From NCBI RefSeq assembly GCF_006345805.1, contig NC_043009.1, positions 34,100,001-34,164,000 of the forward strand: a DNA stretch of 64,000 nucleotides, written 5' to 3'. Origin of the DNA: Octopus sinensis (Eukaryota). The position numbers and the translations under genes were made by a program. Below are positions 61,705 through 64,000 of the stretch, one piece after another; positions within the stretch are counted from its first letter, which is position 1, and each line of letters opens with the position of its first letter. Below the pieces are notes generated by a model. It did not search any database, was not told where the DNA came from, and saw only the letters and a program-made list of their open reading frames with translations.

Positions 61705-63460
61705 AGGATTTCAAACTTTTCCTCCAGTCAAGAAGCCTTCAACACAGTAGCACCATACTACAATGAGGCCCTAGCTGCCAGCAGGTATAGGGACCACATC
61801 TCCTACATGCCAGAACTCAACAGCTGCAGAAGGAAGTGCCGCAGAAATAGGATTTGGCTTGTGCCCCCACGCTCCCATAACACAATAATACCCGTAGGTA
61901 AACTTTTCCTTAAATTAATAGATAAGAATTTCACTAGCTCCCAGAGGTACGGACCCATATTCAGCAGGCACAACATTAGGTTCTTGTTAAGCTGCACCCC
62001 CAACATTAAGAGCATCCTAGTTAGCACCCCTAGGACACAAGAAGAAGCAGGTTGTTCATGCAGGATCTGAAGCAGTTGCTTGGTAGAAGGCCGCTGCAAA
62101 ACCAAAGGGGTTGTATATCAAGCCAAGGTTCTAACTAGACATGTGTTTAACACCAGCAGAAGCAATAACAGCAGTAGACCTGAGAACAGAGCCAGTAACA
62201 CAGCCACCATCGCCACCACCATCACCATGGATGGCAGCATTGCTAACAACAACTGCAGTAGCATCACTACCATTACCTGCCTCACAAATAGCTTCCTTGA
62301 CATCCACGATGCCAGACCTATTAGCCACTATAGTATATTTCTTTATTGCCCACAAGGGGCTAAACATAGAGGGGACAAACAAAGACAGACAAAGGGATTA
62401 AGTCGATTACATAGACCCCAGTGCATAACTGGTACTTTATTTGTCGACCCCGAAATGATGAAAGGCAAAGTCGACTTTGGTGGAATTTGAACTCAGAGCG
62501 TAAGTAGCAGAAGTAATAGGTCCAGTCCCATCAACAGAGCCAGGACAGTAGCACAGCCACCATCACCACTACTGTCACGATGGATGGCAGCATCGCTAAC
62601 AACAACGGCAACAGCATCGCAAACAGCAGCGATATCACCACCACCACCACCACCACCTCCAGCATTACTAATAGCTTTTCTGACATCCACAATGCCAGGC
62701 CTATTGGCCACTATAGTTGTAGTAGCAGAGGTAATGGATCTGGTTCCATTTCTGGCTATAGTGGCAACAGCAGCAGAACCAGCAGTGGCAATAGAACAAC
62801 TATTGCTACCACCACATCCTCCACCATCGCCAGCACCAGCAACAACACCAGCAGCCCTGACTCCAACAACAGCAAGACTGGCGGCAGCACCAGCAGCAGC
62901 AATAACAACAGCAACACCAGCACCAGCACCAGCAGCAACAATGACTGCACCACAGGCAACATGCGCAGGATCAAGAATATGACCAGCACCAACACCATCC
63001 CTAGCAATGACAACACCAGCACCAACAGCAGCAGCCCCAACTCCAGCAGTGAGCTGCAGCACCAGCAGCAGTGGTTGCAGCAGCAGCAGCAACAACAGCA
63101 CCAACAACAACGCCCCTAGAAGTACGTGGGCTGCACTGGGAACTCTCTCAAACAGCGTATTTCCAATCATCTGTCCTTCTTCAGAATCCCAGAAAGGAAA
63201 TATGTTACATCGTTGGCCAGCCACATCAATCATGAGATGAAGAGATTCCATACTTGATCGCATGGAAAATACATGAGAATACAGGCCCCTACATCAACGC
63301 AACGAAATGGTGCAAGTTATGCATTGCCAAATGCATGAGGATCCTTAAAGACTCGCTCCTGCCAGGGTGAATCCTGAATTCCAAGACGGAGATTTTGGGA
63401 TTATGCTTGTATTTTAGAAAATTCCTTTTGGCTTTTTGGAATCCACAGGGTGGCACCACA
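61705..63460 (+). mobile_element. Penelope-like element 3' ORF (RT linker + GIY-YIG) with a long low-complexity insert and a SINE B fragment (62335-62505)
   Basis: PYYNEAL..RNRIWLVPP..VGKLFLKLIDKNF..CSCR...C...GVVYQAKV then KYVGCTG..KQRISNH..TSLASHI..W.I..Y..C.LC. Confidence 0.85.
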
Positions 63461-64000
63461 GCCAGAAACCAATAGCCAAGGCTGAAGGGAGGCAATCATT
63501 TACCTTTGTAGTGCTTTGGTAACTGTAAGATGGCAGCATGGCCAACGATCGATGGACAGTGGCAAAGTGAGATAATTACTTAGTGTTTTACCCTTAAAAA
63601 CGAGGCTTTTCCCCTCCATATTTTAAAGTGGTCTCAGGCCAGTAGTGTTTGGGATCTGAAGATACACTGTAAAGCTAAACGCCTTATGAGCAAGAAACCC
63701 AGGGTAACCCCCTAGAAGAGCCTACCTCACTATAATATATAGTTGTTGAGTGTCCCACCCATGAGGGATCGATGCTATATGTGTCAAAACAATTGTCATA
63801 ATTAATAATAAATCCTTGTATATTCCATCTTCTGTCTTTCATTTGCCATATATATATATATGTACACACATATAGACACATTGAAGATAGTTCGTGTCTA
63901 AATTAATTTACAATTCCACATCATAGAATGCAAGAAGATCAATGTAAAACTTTAAACAGTTAAGTGAATGGATATTAAAGTGAAGACCCTAAAGAAACTG

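Noticed and set aside
62493-63263. 256-aa Ala/Val/Leu/Gly-rich minus-strand ORF
   Set aside because: Antisense reading of CAG/CAA/CAC repeats within the PLE insert.

Overview
Eukaryotic, AT-rich, repeat-saturated genomic DNA. The very dense (TA/CA/GATA/TAA)n microsatellites and the SINE/LINE families point to a coleoid cephalopod, most likely Octopus (inference, not a database match). Most of the window is transposon-derived: three mariner elements and a Tc1-like relic, hAT MITEs and a hAT transposase relic, a non-autonomous Helitron, two Gypsy relics, RTE LINEs (one near full length at ~49.3-55.7 kb with tandem modules at both ends), R4/Dong-type LINEs stacked in (TAA)n tracts, at least five Penelope-like (PLE) segments with hammerhead-ribozyme-like motifs, and three tRNA-derived SINE families. 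Short unique islands between the repeats contain phase-compatible candidate exons of two divergent host genes starting near 14.3-15.6 kb. The minus-strand gene gives a peptide resembling, from memory only, the fast-evolving meiotic TOPOVIBL/TOP6BL subunit. The plus-strand gene is unidentified. No rRNA, true tRNA gene or CRISPR array is supported. All family assignments come from motif recognition by eye, and boundaries without TSD/TIR evidence are approximate.
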